A stretch of DNA of 64,000 nt from Kiritimatiellia bacterium. Its GTDB lineage: Bacteria; Verrucomicrobiota; Kiritimatiellia; RZYC01. Both the position numbers and the translations under genes were made by a program. The notes under the pieces were generated by a model that was given only the letters and a program-made list of their open reading frames with translations, did not search any database and was not told the origin of the DNA. The number at the start of each line of letters is the position of its first letter. The first letter of the stretch is position 1. Of this stretch, positions 38,166 through 48,308 are shown in pieces. The DNA lies in contig JAQVYB010000003.1 in assembly GCA_028708815.1 (NCBI GenBank), forward strand, positions 6,267 to 70,266. The letters run 5' to 3'.

Positions 38166-39364
38166 GGTTGCGCTCCTTCAGCGGCCAGCGTCATGCCTTC
38201 CACCGGCGCCCCGAGATTCGAGAGGACCATTCGCTGCCCTTGTTCAAAAGCGTTGCGGATGAAGATTTCCTCTTTTGTACTCCAAACAATTTCTGCCGGG
38301 ACGATGCGGAGGTGATTGTCGGCATCCAGCAGCCAGAGAACCGATCCGTCGTGGAGTGCCGTCCGCGGAATGCAATAGACGGCATTGATCCGGACGCCTT
38401 CCACCTCGACGCGCACATACTGATTCAGCAGGAGTGCCGGGGTGTCCGGCGTTTCCGCACGATTCAGCGGATCTTCCACCGTGACGAGCAGTTGTGCCAT
38501 ACGGCTGGTCGGATCCAGTTCCGCCAGAAGCTTGACGACCTGTCCGTGGCGCAGGGCTCCGTTTTCCATGTAAATGGTCACGACGGATCCGGCCTGGTCA
38601 TCCCGTGGAAAACGAATCCACTTCAACTGATCAACACGCACCTTGATTTTAATCCAAAAGACGTCCGTATCCACCAGTCGGGCCAACACGGTGCCCGTGT
38701 TGGCTTGATCGCCGATGGAGGCTTCCGCCTCTGTCACGACCGCATTGAACGGCACGGTTATACGGGTACGTTCCAGGTCCAGTTGGGCTCGATCCATTGC
38801 CGCCTGGGCTGAGAGAATGTCCGCTTCTTTGGCGAGCCGTTGCGGTTCGCGAAGGGCCAGCTCCATATCCAGTTCCACCGGGGCTTCTGCGCCGGCAATC
38901 AGGGCCCATTCTTTCTGTGCGATATCCTGCTGGCCCATCTCCATCCGCAAATTGCTTTTCGCGGTATCCAGTGCGGCCTTTTTTTGTTGCAATGCATAGC
39001 GGTAGTTACGGTCATCCAGTTGGATCAGGACCTCCTCCTGCCGGACGAATCCGCCTTCCGCCAGTTCGGGATGTTTCCCGGTGATCACGCCGCTGACTTC
39101 CGCCTGAACGGCGACTTCCTCTTTCGCCATGACCACGCCCATGGCCTCCACCATCACAATGGCGCTTGTGGGCATTAGCGAACAAACCTCCACCAGAGGA
39201 ATCACCGGAGGCGCTTCCATGGGCTTGGCTTTTGGTTTTGTTTTGACCATCCAGACTGCACCGGCGAAGGCGGCAATCAAAACAAACAGGCCGACCAGAA
39301 GCGGCCGGCCGGTTACGGGGCGCTTGCGCTCGGAGGATGTGTTAAAATCCGTTTTTGTGGTCAT
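38162..39364 (-). CDS. RND efflux periplasmic adaptor (membrane fusion protein)
   Basis: HlyD/AcrA-like lipoyl and beta-barrel segments; coupled to the RND permease downstream; start taken at MTTKTD. Confidence 0.7.
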   Translation of the reverse strand: MTTKTDFNTSSERKRPVTGRPLLVGLFVLIAAFAGAVWMVKTKPKAKPMEAPPVIPLVEVCSLMPTSAIVMVEAMGVVMAKEEVAVQAEVSGVITGKHPELAEGGFVRQEEVLIQLDDRNYRYALQQKKAALDTAKSNLRMEMGQQDIAQKEWALIAGAEAPVELDMELALREPQRLAKEADILSAQAAMDRAQLDLERTRITVPFNAVVTEAEASIGDQANTGTVLARLVDTDVFWIKIKVRVDQLKWIRFPRDDQAGSVVTIYMENGALRHGQVVKLLAELDPTSRMAQLLVTVEDPLNRAETPDTPALLLNQYVRVEVEGVRINAVYCIPRTALHDGSVLWLLDADNHLRIVPAEIVWSTKEEIFIRNAFEQGQRMVLSNLGAPVEGMTLAAEGAQP

Positions 39365-39414
39365 ACTCTTTCCTTCTCTATGAGCGTTGCCGAATGACAT
39401 CGCGCGGCGGCCGC

Positions 39415-40833
39415 CTATGGCAGGGAATCACCCCAGGTTCCGCTTAATGATCGATACAGTTGAATCCGGTAGGCCAGCAATTGGTAATGGGCATTCAGGT
39501 TTTCTCGTTGCAACTGGTCTTCGCTGATAATCGCCGTGATGACGCGTAAATAATTTTCCACCCCCTGTCCGTAGCGCAGCAGTGCCTGTTTGCGGGATTG
39601 TTGGGCCGCCAGGAGGCCCTCGTTCAGGGCGTTCAGATTTTTTCGTTGAGCGTCTTCCATACGCAGGGCCTGCTGAACCTCGCCCACCGCCTGCAGGGCC
39701 GTTTCACGATACGCGGCCGACTGGCCTTCCAATACGGCCCGGGTCCGTTCCACTTCCGCAGCGCGCCGCCCGCCATCGATCAACGGAGCGGTCAGATTCC
39801 CCGCGAGATTCAACAGCCAGTTATCGAACAAGGCGGAAACGGTCTCACTCTCCGTTGAGCCGGCGGCGGTGATGCTCAGCGTTGGAAGACGGTTCGCGCG
39901 GGCCGCTTCCACTCCCCAGGCCGCCGATGAAAACCGCAACCAGGCGGCCTGAACATCCGGGCGGCGCAACAGCAGGTCGGCGGGCAATCCGGCGGCAGGC
40001 AGAGGGGGAAGGTCGGGCAGCTTGTTGATTTTTGGCGAGAAGTGGTCGACCGGCATTCGTCCGAGCAGAATGGATAATTCATCGGCCACGCCTTCGCGTT
40101 CCCCGCGTTGCAGGGGAATCAGCGCGGCGGTATCGGCCACCACCTGGCGCTGTTGGAAGACATCCAACGCCGTGGCCTGTGCCCGACGAAAACGCAGGTC
40201 GATCAGTTCCAGTGTTTGGCGATTGGATTCAAGCTGATGTTCGAGCAGTCGGATTGCTTCATCGCGAACAATCAGTTCGTAATACCGCAGGGCGATTTCA
40301 GCGGAAAGCGTGATCATCACCGTATCGCGATCCGCGGCTGTGGCGAGGGCATCCAGCGCGGACGATTGGCGTGCGGCCCGCAGGCGGCCCCACAGATCCA
40401 GTTCGTAACTGCATGCCAGATTGAGTCCATACGTTTCGATGGTGGTCGTGGTGGAGTCTCCGTCATCGTTTTGTGTGTGCTGTTTTTTTTCAGCGGCGGA
40501 AGCGCCCAGGTTGAATGCGGGATACAGCGAGGAACGTTCTTTTCGGGCAGTGGCCATGGCTTGACGAAGCCGGGCGTCGGCCTGTGCGACGGAGGTGTTA
40601 TTGGTTAATCCTTCTTCGATCAGGCGATTGAGTTCAGGGTCTGAAAACACCTCCCACCATTTGTTGGAAACGGGCAGGGCGCCACCCGGGCCGGTGCGGA
40701 ATGCTTCCGGGGCACCCGGTTCATCGGCGGGCTCCTGGATGGAGGGGGTAAAGAAGGCGCACCCGGCCAGCAGGAGTGCAAAAACCCCCGGGATTATTCG
40801 CAGGGATACGGATTTAAAAAACAATGAAGTCAT
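39415..40833 (-). CDS. TolC/NodT-family outer-membrane efflux lipoprotein
   Basis: Lipobox LLAGC; duplicated outer-membrane-factor helical repeats; first gene of the efflux operon. Confidence 0.75.
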   Translation of the reverse strand: MTSLFFKSVSLRIIPGVFALLLAGCAFFTPSIQEPADEPGAPEAFRTGPGGALPVSNKWWEVFSDPELNRLIEEGLTNNTSVAQADARLRQAMATARKERSSLYPAFNLGASAAEKKQHTQNDDGDSTTTTIETYGLNLACSYELDLWGRLRAARQSSALDALATAADRDTVMITLSAEIALRYYELIVRDEAIRLLEHQLESNRQTLELIDLRFRRAQATALDVFQQRQVVADTAALIPLQRGEREGVADELSILLGRMPVDHFSPKINKLPDLPPLPAAGLPADLLLRRPDVQAAWLRFSSAAWGVEAARANRLPTLSITAAGSTESETVSALFDNWLLNLAGNLTAPLIDGGRRAAEVERTRAVLEGQSAAYRETALQAVGEVQQALRMEDAQRKNLNALNEGLLAAQQSRKQALLRYGQGVENYLRVITAIISEDQLQRENLNAHYQLLAYRIQLYRSLSGTWGDSLP

Positions 40834-40989
40834 AGAGTCTCGTTAGTCGTACTATAGAGGGGTCGTTTTGTTGCGACACAGTACACCATAACGATCCAAA
40901 ATCAAAAATAGTGTTCAGAAAATTCTGAATTATTCCGTTTTCCGCGGTTCGATTCCGAAGGCCCCTGTTTCACGGGTGGAAATTTGGAG

Positions 40990-41478
40990 TCAGCCGTTCA
41001 GGGCGTGGGGGAGGAGATATTCATAGGCCTGATTGATTACGGTCATGGCGCGTTGATCGCCGCCGCAGTCGGGATGGAATTTTTTGGCCATGAGTTTGCG
41101 CCGTCGGATAAGATCTTTTTTATCGAAGTAGTCGTCGAGATCGAAGAGTTCGCGGTAGGCGCGTTGTTTTCGGTATCCGTTCATTTTTTCGAATTGCCCG
41201 AAATCTACGGAGTTTAGATATTGCAGGCGTGTTTCAAATTTGCGCGTTTCAATTTCGCGGCGGAGGGATTCGCTGGTGGCATAGCGTACGATGAATTGCA
41301 GGACTTTGACTTTGTCGAAATAGGAGAAGCGCCCAAGTGCTTTGAAGCGGCTGCTGATGCGCCCGTCTTTGAACCAGAGGATGCAGGCGCCCTCATGTGC
41401 GGGGCTGAGGGTGACCTTGAAACAGTCGTTGTCAATGTTGACTTCCGAGAGAACTTCGCAGGTTTCCAGATAGATCAT
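40990..41478 (-). CDS. Protein with C-terminal J domain (HPD motif) and uncharacterised N-terminal domain
   Basis: C-terminus KKDLIRRRKLMAKKFHPDCGGDQRAMTVINQAYEYL is a J domain with HPD; N-terminal 100 aa unassigned. Confidence 0.5.
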   Translation of the reverse strand: MIYLETCEVLSEVNIDNDCFKVTLSPAHEGACILWFKDGRISSRFKALGRFSYFDKVKVLQFIVRYATSESLRREIETRKFETRLQYLNSVDFGQFEKMNGYRKQRAYRELFDLDDYFDKKDLIRRRKLMAKKFHPDCGGDQRAMTVINQAYEYLLPHALNG

Positions 41479-42354
41479 AGTGCTGCCGTATAGGTCATGA
41501 GTTTATACTGTTGCATCACGCGGTGCGTTCGTACGATTCAATAGCTGATTTAATAGCACGTGATTCCTCCATGCGACAAGAAAAAACACTACATGTTGTT
41601 GAAATAAGTTGCGTTGCCTCAATATGCAGCGGTAGTTAAGGGCGGCTGGCCGGTTGCCGGTGGTTGTGGCTTCTTTAGTCCTTTCAGGCGAGGTCCTGCG
41701 CGTCCCGCCGGGACGCTCGCCCGGCAGCATTTGCGAAACTCATTTAAGACGAGTTCGCGCGCCGCCCCGTCCTGGATGTGTTGTTGTGGCAGGCAAATCC
41801 TTCTCTTTGGCGCCTGATTCGGTTTTCTCGCCTGAACCTGGTGGAAACGCCCTCTCCGCGGAGGGGATCTTTGGGTGTGATGTGTTGTAGAATTATGATT
41901 GAGAAAATAGATAATGCCATGCGGCATAATATGATGCGTATGTTTACTCGCCTGCTGATGCGGGAGAATTTTTGATTGCAGGGGATGTGGAAACTCTGGC
42001 AGGCATCTGGTCAGGGCGGATTTGAAGGCGATGGGTTCCGGTGTTTATTGTCGATGAATCTTAAGTTTTTCGGCATTGGGTCCGATAAATGATTCATGAA
42101 GACTTCTGTTCAGGGTGGCCCGTTTGGGCTGAAAATGGAATTGGATTCGTTCTTGGAACTGCTTCAGGAGCAGTATGCCGAGGCGTTGACGTCAAATGAT
42201 CGCGAGGGATTGATTCAGACCTCTGGAGTTCTTGCGATTACCTATGCCGGCTTGGATCGTCCGGAGTTGGCACGTCGCTGGGCAGAACAGTATCTTTCCA
42301 TGCTGGACGTCACCACGAACGAAAGAGGTTGAGGGCCATGTTCCTCCCGAGTTC

Positions 42355-43047
42355 CTAGGGCTCGCGATTGAGTTCGTTGAGCATGAGTTCACGGGCGCTG
42401 ATGTAGGGGCCGGGGAAAAACTCAAAGAGGTCGGGCGTTTGTTCGTCGTCGTCGAACATTTCATCGAGCGAATCATAGGCGGCCCGGTCATAGTGCAGGA
42501 GTCCTTCAATTTTTCGGGTCTCGATGTCCTGAATAATGAAAGCCAGTTGATCTTCGGTGGAGTCGTGCGAGTTAAAGAGAACGTATTTTTTGGCGGGGTG
42601 GACTTTTTCGATGTTCCGAGCGTAGATCATGTATTTCATGTATTCGATGATACGTTCATCGAGTTCGGCCTCGAGAATGAAGAGGCGTTCGGCGAGTTCG
42701 GACCGGGTGAATACGAGGTGCACCTGAGGCGCCGGAATATCATCGGGCAGGGCATGCGCCAGCGTGGTGATGAACTCACGGAATTGCTGCTCGCCCTCTT
42801 CGATGGTCTGGTCGTGCAAAGGCATCCAGTAGATCATGATGTCGAGTTCGGGGTCGTGATAAAGCAGGGGCTTGTCTACGGAGAAGACAAACGAGCACTC
42901 TTCGCAGGTGACCACGTTTAATTTGTTGCCTATCAGCTCATTGCGCAGGTCCGGGTCTTCGACGGTGTTGATGGCGTCATAGAGATCCACCTCTTGGGGG
43001 TGGTTGCACTTGGGACAGGCGATGGGATATGTTTTCAGTTGTGACAT
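42355..43047 (-). CDS. CpXC-domain protein
   Basis: Two CxxC motifs (CPKCNH; CEECSF) in N-terminal ~50 aa; start placed at MSQLKTYPIACPKC. Confidence 0.5.
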   Translation of the reverse strand: MSQLKTYPIACPKCNHPQEVDLYDAINTVEDPDLRNELIGNKLNVVTCEECSFVFSVDKPLLYHDPELDIMIYWMPLHDQTIEEGEQQFREFITTLAHALPDDIPAPQVHLVFTRSELAERLFILEAELDERIIEYMKYMIYARNIEKVHPAKKYVLFNSHDSTEDQLAFIIQDIETRKIEGLLHYDRAAYDSLDEMFDDDEQTPDLFEFFPGPYISARELMLNELNREP

Positions 43048-43311
43048 GTGCGGGATAGTAGAGGGCAAAAAAGGCCGGATCAATAGCAGAATGGAAGAAA
43101 TTACGGTATCTCCTTGAAGTTGACCATACGTTGGGGTACGTTGCCGCATTCATTCGGGCAAGTGCCGTTTTTTTTTCGGGAACATTCGTTCAGGCCGGTA
43201 AAGTATCCCGGTGCCGGAAAGATTCCGCATTTGCATGGGTGGGGTGTGCGTCCTTGCCGGGGCGGCATGCCGCCCGGGGTATACATTAACCAGGAGATCA
43301 CAGGAGACTAC

Positions 43312-44001
43312 ATGAGTTTCTTCGGCCTATTCGGATTCGGAAAGAAGAGTGGCGGCGGTTCGTCCAGCCGCGGAAAACGGTGTTATATTGTGGATTGTGC
43401 GATGATGGAGTCCTCCAAGGGGGAGCGAATGCGCATGGCTCCGCGTAATCAATTGGACCTGCTTCGGCGCCTTTCGCGGTTTGTTAAGAAGGAGCAGGTT
43501 GATCTGTGGGCGGTATTTGACGGCAAGGAGCTTCGGGATGTCCCGGATGGCAAGAAGTACATGGATGTGATGGTTTCCTATGTGCCGAAGGCATCGGAGG
43601 TGTCTCAGGCTGTCGCTAAAATGTGCGCCGGCAGAAAAGCGTGCGGGACGCTCGTGATTACATCGGATAAGACCGTGGAACAGGCCGCACTGCGGCAGGG
43701 AGCGGCGTTGATGCATTGCTCCACCTTCAGGAAGGCGTTGGAAGCCGATGGCGGGTCATCGTTCGGGGGCGGAGACCGTTCTTCGGGGCGTGACCGTTCT
43801 TCGGGACGGCGGGGAGGCCGTTCGGGTTCATCCGGCTCACGCCGCCCGCCGAGGTCGGGTGGGCAGGCGGACGGATCCGATCGCCGGCCTAATCGTCAGG
43901 AAGGGGAGGCTTCTGCGCGACCGACGGAAGAAACGGTTCCTGCGCGTCCTCCCAAGAATGATTCCGAGGATGCGGTTAGCGACCTGATTGACCTGGTTTA
44001 A
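43312..44001 (+). CDS. Possible NYN/YacP-like domain protein with Arg/Ser/Gly-rich disordered tail
   Basis: ATG 43312 with CAGGAG upstream; N-terminal ~150 aa weakly resemble NYN-domain RNase-like proteins; C-terminal ~80 aa RS/RG-rich low complexity. Confidence 0.3.
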   Translation: MSFFGLFGFGKKSGGGSSSRGKRCYIVDCAMMESSKGERMRMAPRNQLDLLRRLSRFVKKEQVDLWAVFDGKELRDVPDGKKYMDVMVSYVPKASEVSQAVAKMCAGRKACGTLVITSDKTVEQAALRQGAALMHCSTFRKALEADGGSSFGGGDRSSGRDRSSGRRGGRSGSSGSRRPPRSGGQADGSDRRPNRQEGEASARPTEETVPARPPKNDSEDAVSDLIDLV

Positions 44002-44030
44002 CGGGCGCCGACAGATTTTTACACTATGGA

Positions 44031-44061
44031 AAAGAGCGGGGGTTTCCCCCGCTCTTTTTTT
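44031..44061 (+). terminator. Rho-independent terminator
   Basis: GAGCGGGGG-TTT-CCCCCGCTC stem-loop followed by TTTTTTT. Confidence 0.65.
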
Positions 44062-44152
44062 GCCTAAGCCGCCTATTTCACCCTGGAGCGATTTTTGCTG
44101 CGGAAAGCGGATCAATCGGTATCGTTACTCATGGGAGAATAATCTGAAGAAG

Positions 44153-44229
44153 TTCCAATGATTGGAAAATTCGTACAATAAGTTTCCAATCGTTGGAAAA
44201 AGAATTTAGAAGTTTTCCAACGGTTGGAA
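44153..44229. promoter_or_regulatory. Three phased copies of the palindrome TTCCAA-N3-TTGGAA (candidate operator array)
   Basis: Perfect half-sites at 44153-44167, 44184-44198, 44215-44229; starts exactly 31 bp apart; 18 bp upstream of the ATG at 44247. Confidence 0.55.
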
Positions 44230-44246
44230 AGGGTCTTGATGTGGTT

Positions 44247-45713
44247 ATGAAAGAGGCGTGGTGTCGGACGATCTTCTGGGTGTGTTGCGGGTGGCTGGTA
44301 TGGGTGCCTTGTGCCGCGGCGGCGCCGTCGTTCGACCTGGGCTTTCTGGCATCGCATCAGGAGACGATTACGGGGGCAAAACGGACCACGGCGCTGGGAC
44401 CCTTTTATGAGTCGGTGCAGATGCCGGACGGAACTTCGATGTGGGCGATTCGCCCGTTTTATGTGCAGGCTCTATCGAAGAATGATGAGATGAAGCACGA
44501 GTATTACGTCTGGCCGCTGGCCGCGCAGACGCATTTCAAGCACGAGTTGAAATGGCGGGTGTTGATGGCGTATGGTCGGAAGCGGCATCCGGGTTCGGCG
44601 GATTCGCCGTATATGCGCTTCAACATTTTTCCGTTTTATTTTCAGTTTCGGGATGACGCCGGGAAGCTGAGTGTGGCGGTTTTTCCGATTGGCGGGACGA
44701 TTCGGGATTTCTTTTTTTATGATCGCATTTCGTTTGTGCTGTTTCCGCTGTGGACAGAATGGCAGTCCAATGATGTGTTGAGCGAGAATCTGCTTTGGCC
44801 GCTGATTTCCTGGACGAAGAGTATGGAGAGTGAGGACATTCGACGCTTTCGGATTCTGCCGTTTTACGCGCATTCGGTGAAGAAGGGGCATTACGACAAG
44901 CGGTCGATCCTGTGGCCGATCTGGAATATGTCGCATTATACGGCGGAGGGATCGAAGGGGTATGCGTATGTATTGTTTCCTCTGTTCGGGCGGATCAATC
45001 GGGAGTCGGAAAAGGGGTGGATGTTTCTTCCGCCGTTTATTCGGTTTTCTTATGGGCGGGACGGGAGCTTTGTGAATTGCCCCTGGCCGTTTTTTCAATA
45101 TCGCAATACGAAGTACATGAAGAAATTCACGGTGTGGCCGCTGTACAGCCAACGGCGGGTGGGGCCGCTGATGAACCGCTATTTTTTATGGCCGCTGGGA
45201 TGGCAGCGGTCGGTGGAGTTCAAAAAGAGCCGGGTGTGGGGTTTTCAATTGGTGCCGTTTTTTATTTGGGATCACATGACGCAAAGGCGGGAGGATGGCA
45301 CGTTGGGCGAAGTCACGCATCGCTATGCGAAGCTTTGGCCGTTGTTTACCTATCGGCGCGACAAGGAGGTGCGCCAGACGCGGGTGCTGGAGTTGTGGCC
45401 GTTTCGGGACCATCAGGGAGAGTTGCTCTCGTGGGCGCCGTTCTGGACGCTTTTTTCGCATACGGTGGTTAAGGACAAGGGGTACGATACGGAAATCCTG
45501 TGGGGGTTGTATCGGCAGCAGCGCAAGGGCACGGAACGCCGATACAACGCCCTTTTTCCTCTGTACGATTATGAGCGGGACGAGCAGATCAACGGCGGCA
45601 AAAAAGAATGGTCTTTTTTGAAGGGACTGATAGGTTATAAACGCGAATATGGGATTCGCCGTTATCGATTTTTGTATTTGATCACCTTCGGTGGAAAGCG
45701 AGCGACAGAGTGA
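44247..45713 (+). CDS. Secreted W/P/F/Y-rich repeat protein (recurring WPL/FPL/FPFY motifs), function unknown
   Basis: Start moved to ATG 44247 (signal peptide WLVWVPCAAAAPS), since the longer ORF would run through the operator array; many short aromatic-Pro repeats. Confidence 0.45.
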   Translation: MKEAWCRTIFWVCCGWLVWVPCAAAAPSFDLGFLASHQETITGAKRTTALGPFYESVQMPDGTSMWAIRPFYVQALSKNDEMKHEYYVWPLAAQTHFKHELKWRVLMAYGRKRHPGSADSPYMRFNIFPFYFQFRDDAGKLSVAVFPIGGTIRDFFFYDRISFVLFPLWTEWQSNDVLSENLLWPLISWTKSMESEDIRRFRILPFYAHSVKKGHYDKRSILWPIWNMSHYTAEGSKGYAYVLFPLFGRINRESEKGWMFLPPFIRFSYGRDGSFVNCPWPFFQYRNTKYMKKFTVWPLYSQRRVGPLMNRYFLWPLGWQRSVEFKKSRVWGFQLVPFFIWDHMTQRREDGTLGEVTHRYAKLWPLFTYRRDKEVRQTRVLELWPFRDHQGELLSWAPFWTLFSHTVVKDKGYDTEILWGLYRQQRKGTERRYNALFPLYDYERDEQINGGKKEWSFLKGLIGYKREYGIRRYRFLYLITFGGKRATE

Positions 45714-46525
45714 TTATTACCAGGGAACCTGAGTTTTTGCCGGAAACACCCAATGTCTTTGCGCGGTTGGGGCGGGCGGTGCTGCTTTCCTGCCGGGAGA
45801 GCGGGCGCGCGCTGCTGATGACGGGGGAGGCCTTCCTGCATATGCGGACGATGTTTTCCACGCGCAGCCGATTTGACGTGATGTATCAATTGTATATCAC
45901 CGGCGTGAAGAGCCTGGGTGTGATTACGGTGGTGGCCTTGTTTACGGGGATGATTCTGGCGTTACAGACGGGCCTGGAGCTGCGCCGGTTTTCGCAGCAG
46001 GTGAATATCGGTACGGCGGTATGTGTTTCGCTGACGCGCGAGATGGGGCCGTTTATGACGGCGTTGATTGTGGCGGCCAGTGTGGGCTCGGCGATTGCGG
46101 CGCAATTGGGGACGATGACGGTGTCGGAAGAGGTGTCGGCGCTGGAAATCATGTCGATCAGTCCGATTCGTTTTCTGGTGATGCCGCGTCTGGTGGCTTT
46201 GCTGGTGATGATGCCGCTGTTGACGGTGTATACGGACATCATCGGTATTATCGGGGGGGCCATCGTGGGTAAGACACAACTTGGCGTTTCCTTTCGGGCC
46301 TATTTCGATAATGCGGTGGCGTTTGCGCACAACAAGGATTTGTATGTGGGGCTCTTTAAGGCGATGGTGTTCGGAGTGGTCATTACGGCGGTGTCGTGTC
46401 ATCAGGGATTCTGCACGAAGGATGGTGCGGTGGGGGTGGGGCTCGCGACGCGCAAGACGGTGATTGTTTCGTTTCTGACGATTCTGGTTTTGGGCTACAT
46501 CATTACAAGGGTGTTTTATAAATGA
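45710..46525 (+). CDS. mlaE: MlaE-family ABC transporter permease
   Basis: MlaE/YrbE topology and conserved core; overlaps upstream stop. Confidence 0.8.
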   Translation: MIITREPEFLPETPNVFARLGRAVLLSCRESGRALLMTGEAFLHMRTMFSTRSRFDVMYQLYITGVKSLGVITVVALFTGMILALQTGLELRRFSQQVNIGTAVCVSLTREMGPFMTALIVAASVGSAIAAQLGTMTVSEEVSALEIMSISPIRFLVMPRLVALLVMMPLLTVYTDIIGIIGGAIVGKTQLGVSFRAYFDNAVAFAHNKDLYVGLFKAMVFGVVITAVSCHQGFCTKDGAVGVGLATRKTVIVSFLTILVLGYIITRVFYK

Positions 46526-47283
46526 TACGCTTTGAGCATGTCAGCAAGCAGTTCGGCAGCAAGAAGGTGCTGGACGATCTCTCGTTCGAGATTGAGAAGG
46601 GCGAGACGTTTGTGATCATTGGCCGTTCGGGGATGGGAAAGAGCGTAACGATCAAGCACATGGTGCGCCTGCTGTCGCCGGACAAGGGCCGGATATGGAT
46701 CGGTGATGATCTGGTCAGTGAGGCACGCGGCAAGGAGTTGTCGCGCATACGGCTGCGGTTCGGTCTGCTTTTTCAGGGTTCGGCCTTGCTGCAATGGTTG
46801 ACGGCGGGTGATAACGTCGGGCTTCCGTTGCGCCAGGGCAGCAACATGCCGCAGGAGGACGTGGACCGCCTGGCGGAGGAGAAACTGAAGCTGGTGGATC
46901 TGTCGGATGTGTTTCATAAGCACCCGAGTGATCTTTCGGGCGGCATGCAGAAGCGGGTGGGGTTGGCCCGCGCCATTATTACGGATCCGGAGATCATCCT
47001 TTATGACGAACCGACATCGGGCCTGGACCCGATGACCTCGCGGACGATTGATGCGCTGATTGAAAGTCTTCGTGTCAAGCTGGGCGTGACGAGCGTAGTG
47101 GTGACGCATGATCTGCACAGCGCGTTGTCCATCGGTACGCGGATTGCCCTGTTGGAGAAGGGAAAGATGGTGGAAATTTCGACGCCGCAGGAGTTCATTC
47201 GTTCGAAGCATCCGGCGGTGCGTGATTTTCTGGATGCGAATTTTATCACCAAGAAACCGGATTGGGAAACCCATCCGTCATGA
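46522..47283 (+). CDS. mlaF: MlaF-family ABC transporter ATP-binding protein
   Basis: Walker A GRSGMGKS, signature LSGGMQKRV, Walker B ILYDEP. Confidence 0.85.
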   Translation: MIRFEHVSKQFGSKKVLDDLSFEIEKGETFVIIGRSGMGKSVTIKHMVRLLSPDKGRIWIGDDLVSEARGKELSRIRLRFGLLFQGSALLQWLTAGDNVGLPLRQGSNMPQEDVDRLAEEKLKLVDLSDVFHKHPSDLSGGMQKRVGLARAIITDPEIILYDEPTSGLDPMTSRTIDALIESLRVKLGVTSVVVTHDLHSALSIGTRIALLEKGKMVEISTPQEFIRSKHPAVRDFLDANFITKKPDWETHPS

Positions 47284-47297
47284 TGTGAGGTTGAGTT

Positions 47298-48308
47298 ATG
47301 AAAAGAAGCAGAATGCGCGAGCTGACCGTGGAAGTAACCGTCGGGGTGGTGATGTTCATGATCCTGCTGGCGTTGGGTGTATTTACGATCATTCTCAGTC
47401 GGGAAAACATCTTCCGCACCTACTATCCGCTTCGGGTGACGTTTCGGGATGTCATGGGTCTTTCCGATGGCGACAACATCCTCTACCACGGCGTGAAAAT
47501 CGGCGTGGTGAAGTCGTTAACCATTACCAGCAACGGGGTACTGGTGAGCGCCAGCATAGATTATCCCGTGGAGTTTTATGAGGACTATCAGATTAAGATC
47601 GATGCCTCGTCGGTGCTGGGTGGGCATTACCTGAGTCTGGATGAGGGCAGCGAGAATAAGCCGGTTGTGCCGCGCGACACCATTATGCAGGGGGCCAAGC
47701 CGATCAGCCTGATTGCCGATGCTTCGGAGACGTTCTCCATGGTCAAACGCTCGCTGGGGGAAGGCGGTATTCTTACTAATCTCGAGGCGGCGGTGGCGAA
47801 TATCCGTGAGGTGTCGGATAATCTGAAAATGCTGGGAGACAATCTGGTGGAAGGGCGGGGTACCCTGGGTAAACTGTTCATGCAGGATGATCTCTACAAC
47901 AAGTTGGATTCGGTGGCGTCCAACCTGGATACGGTCAGTGCCGATCTGGCGGAGGGGCGCGGAACACTCGGCAAGCTGCTGGCGGATGATGGGCTCTATG
48001 ATGAGATCAAGGGCATCTCGGCTGACGTGAAAAAAATTACCGGAGATCTGGCGGGAGGCCGTGGGACGATCGGTAAGTTGCTGGTCGAGGACTCGCTGTA
48101 TACGGATGTTTCCTCGATTTCCAGCAATTTGATGGAGGTCAGCGACCGGCTGGCAAAGGGCGAGGGCACCTTGGGCAAGCTGTCGAAGGATGATGCGCTT
48201 TACAATGAGATCAAGGTGCTGGTGGAAGAGGCGATCGCCACGCTGGATGACATACGCGAGTCTACACCCATTACTTCGTTCTCCAGTATTTTCTTTGGAG
48301 CTTTTTAA
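47298..48308 (+). CDS. mlaD: MlaD/MCE-family substrate-binding protein with four C-terminal [EA]GRGT[LI]GKL...D[DG]xLY repeats
   Basis: N-terminal TM plus MCE domain; C-terminal four tandem ~40-aa repeats read from translation. Confidence 0.75.
   Translation: MKRSRMRELTVEVTVGVVMFMILLALGVFTIILSRENIFRTYYPLRVTFRDVMGLSDGDNILYHGVKIGVVKSLTITSNGVLVSASIDYPVEFYEDYQIKIDASSVLGGHYLSLDEGSENKPVVPRDTIMQGAKPISLIADASETFSMVKRSLGEGGILTNLEAAVANIREVSDNLKMLGDNLVEGRGTLGKLFMQDDLYNKLDSVASNLDTVSADLAEGRGTLGKLLADDGLYDEIKGISADVKKITGDLAGGRGTIGKLLVEDSLYTDVSSISSNLMEVSDRLAKGEGTLGKLSKDDALYNEIKVLVEEAIATLDDIRESTPITSFSSIFFGAF

Noticed and set aside
41600-41900. tmRNA/RNase P/SRP RNA
   Set aside because: None of the universally conserved boxes (RNase P AGGAAAGUCC, SRP GGAAGGAAGCAGC, tmRNA tag ORF and CCA end) are present; kept only as a generic structured-RNA candidate
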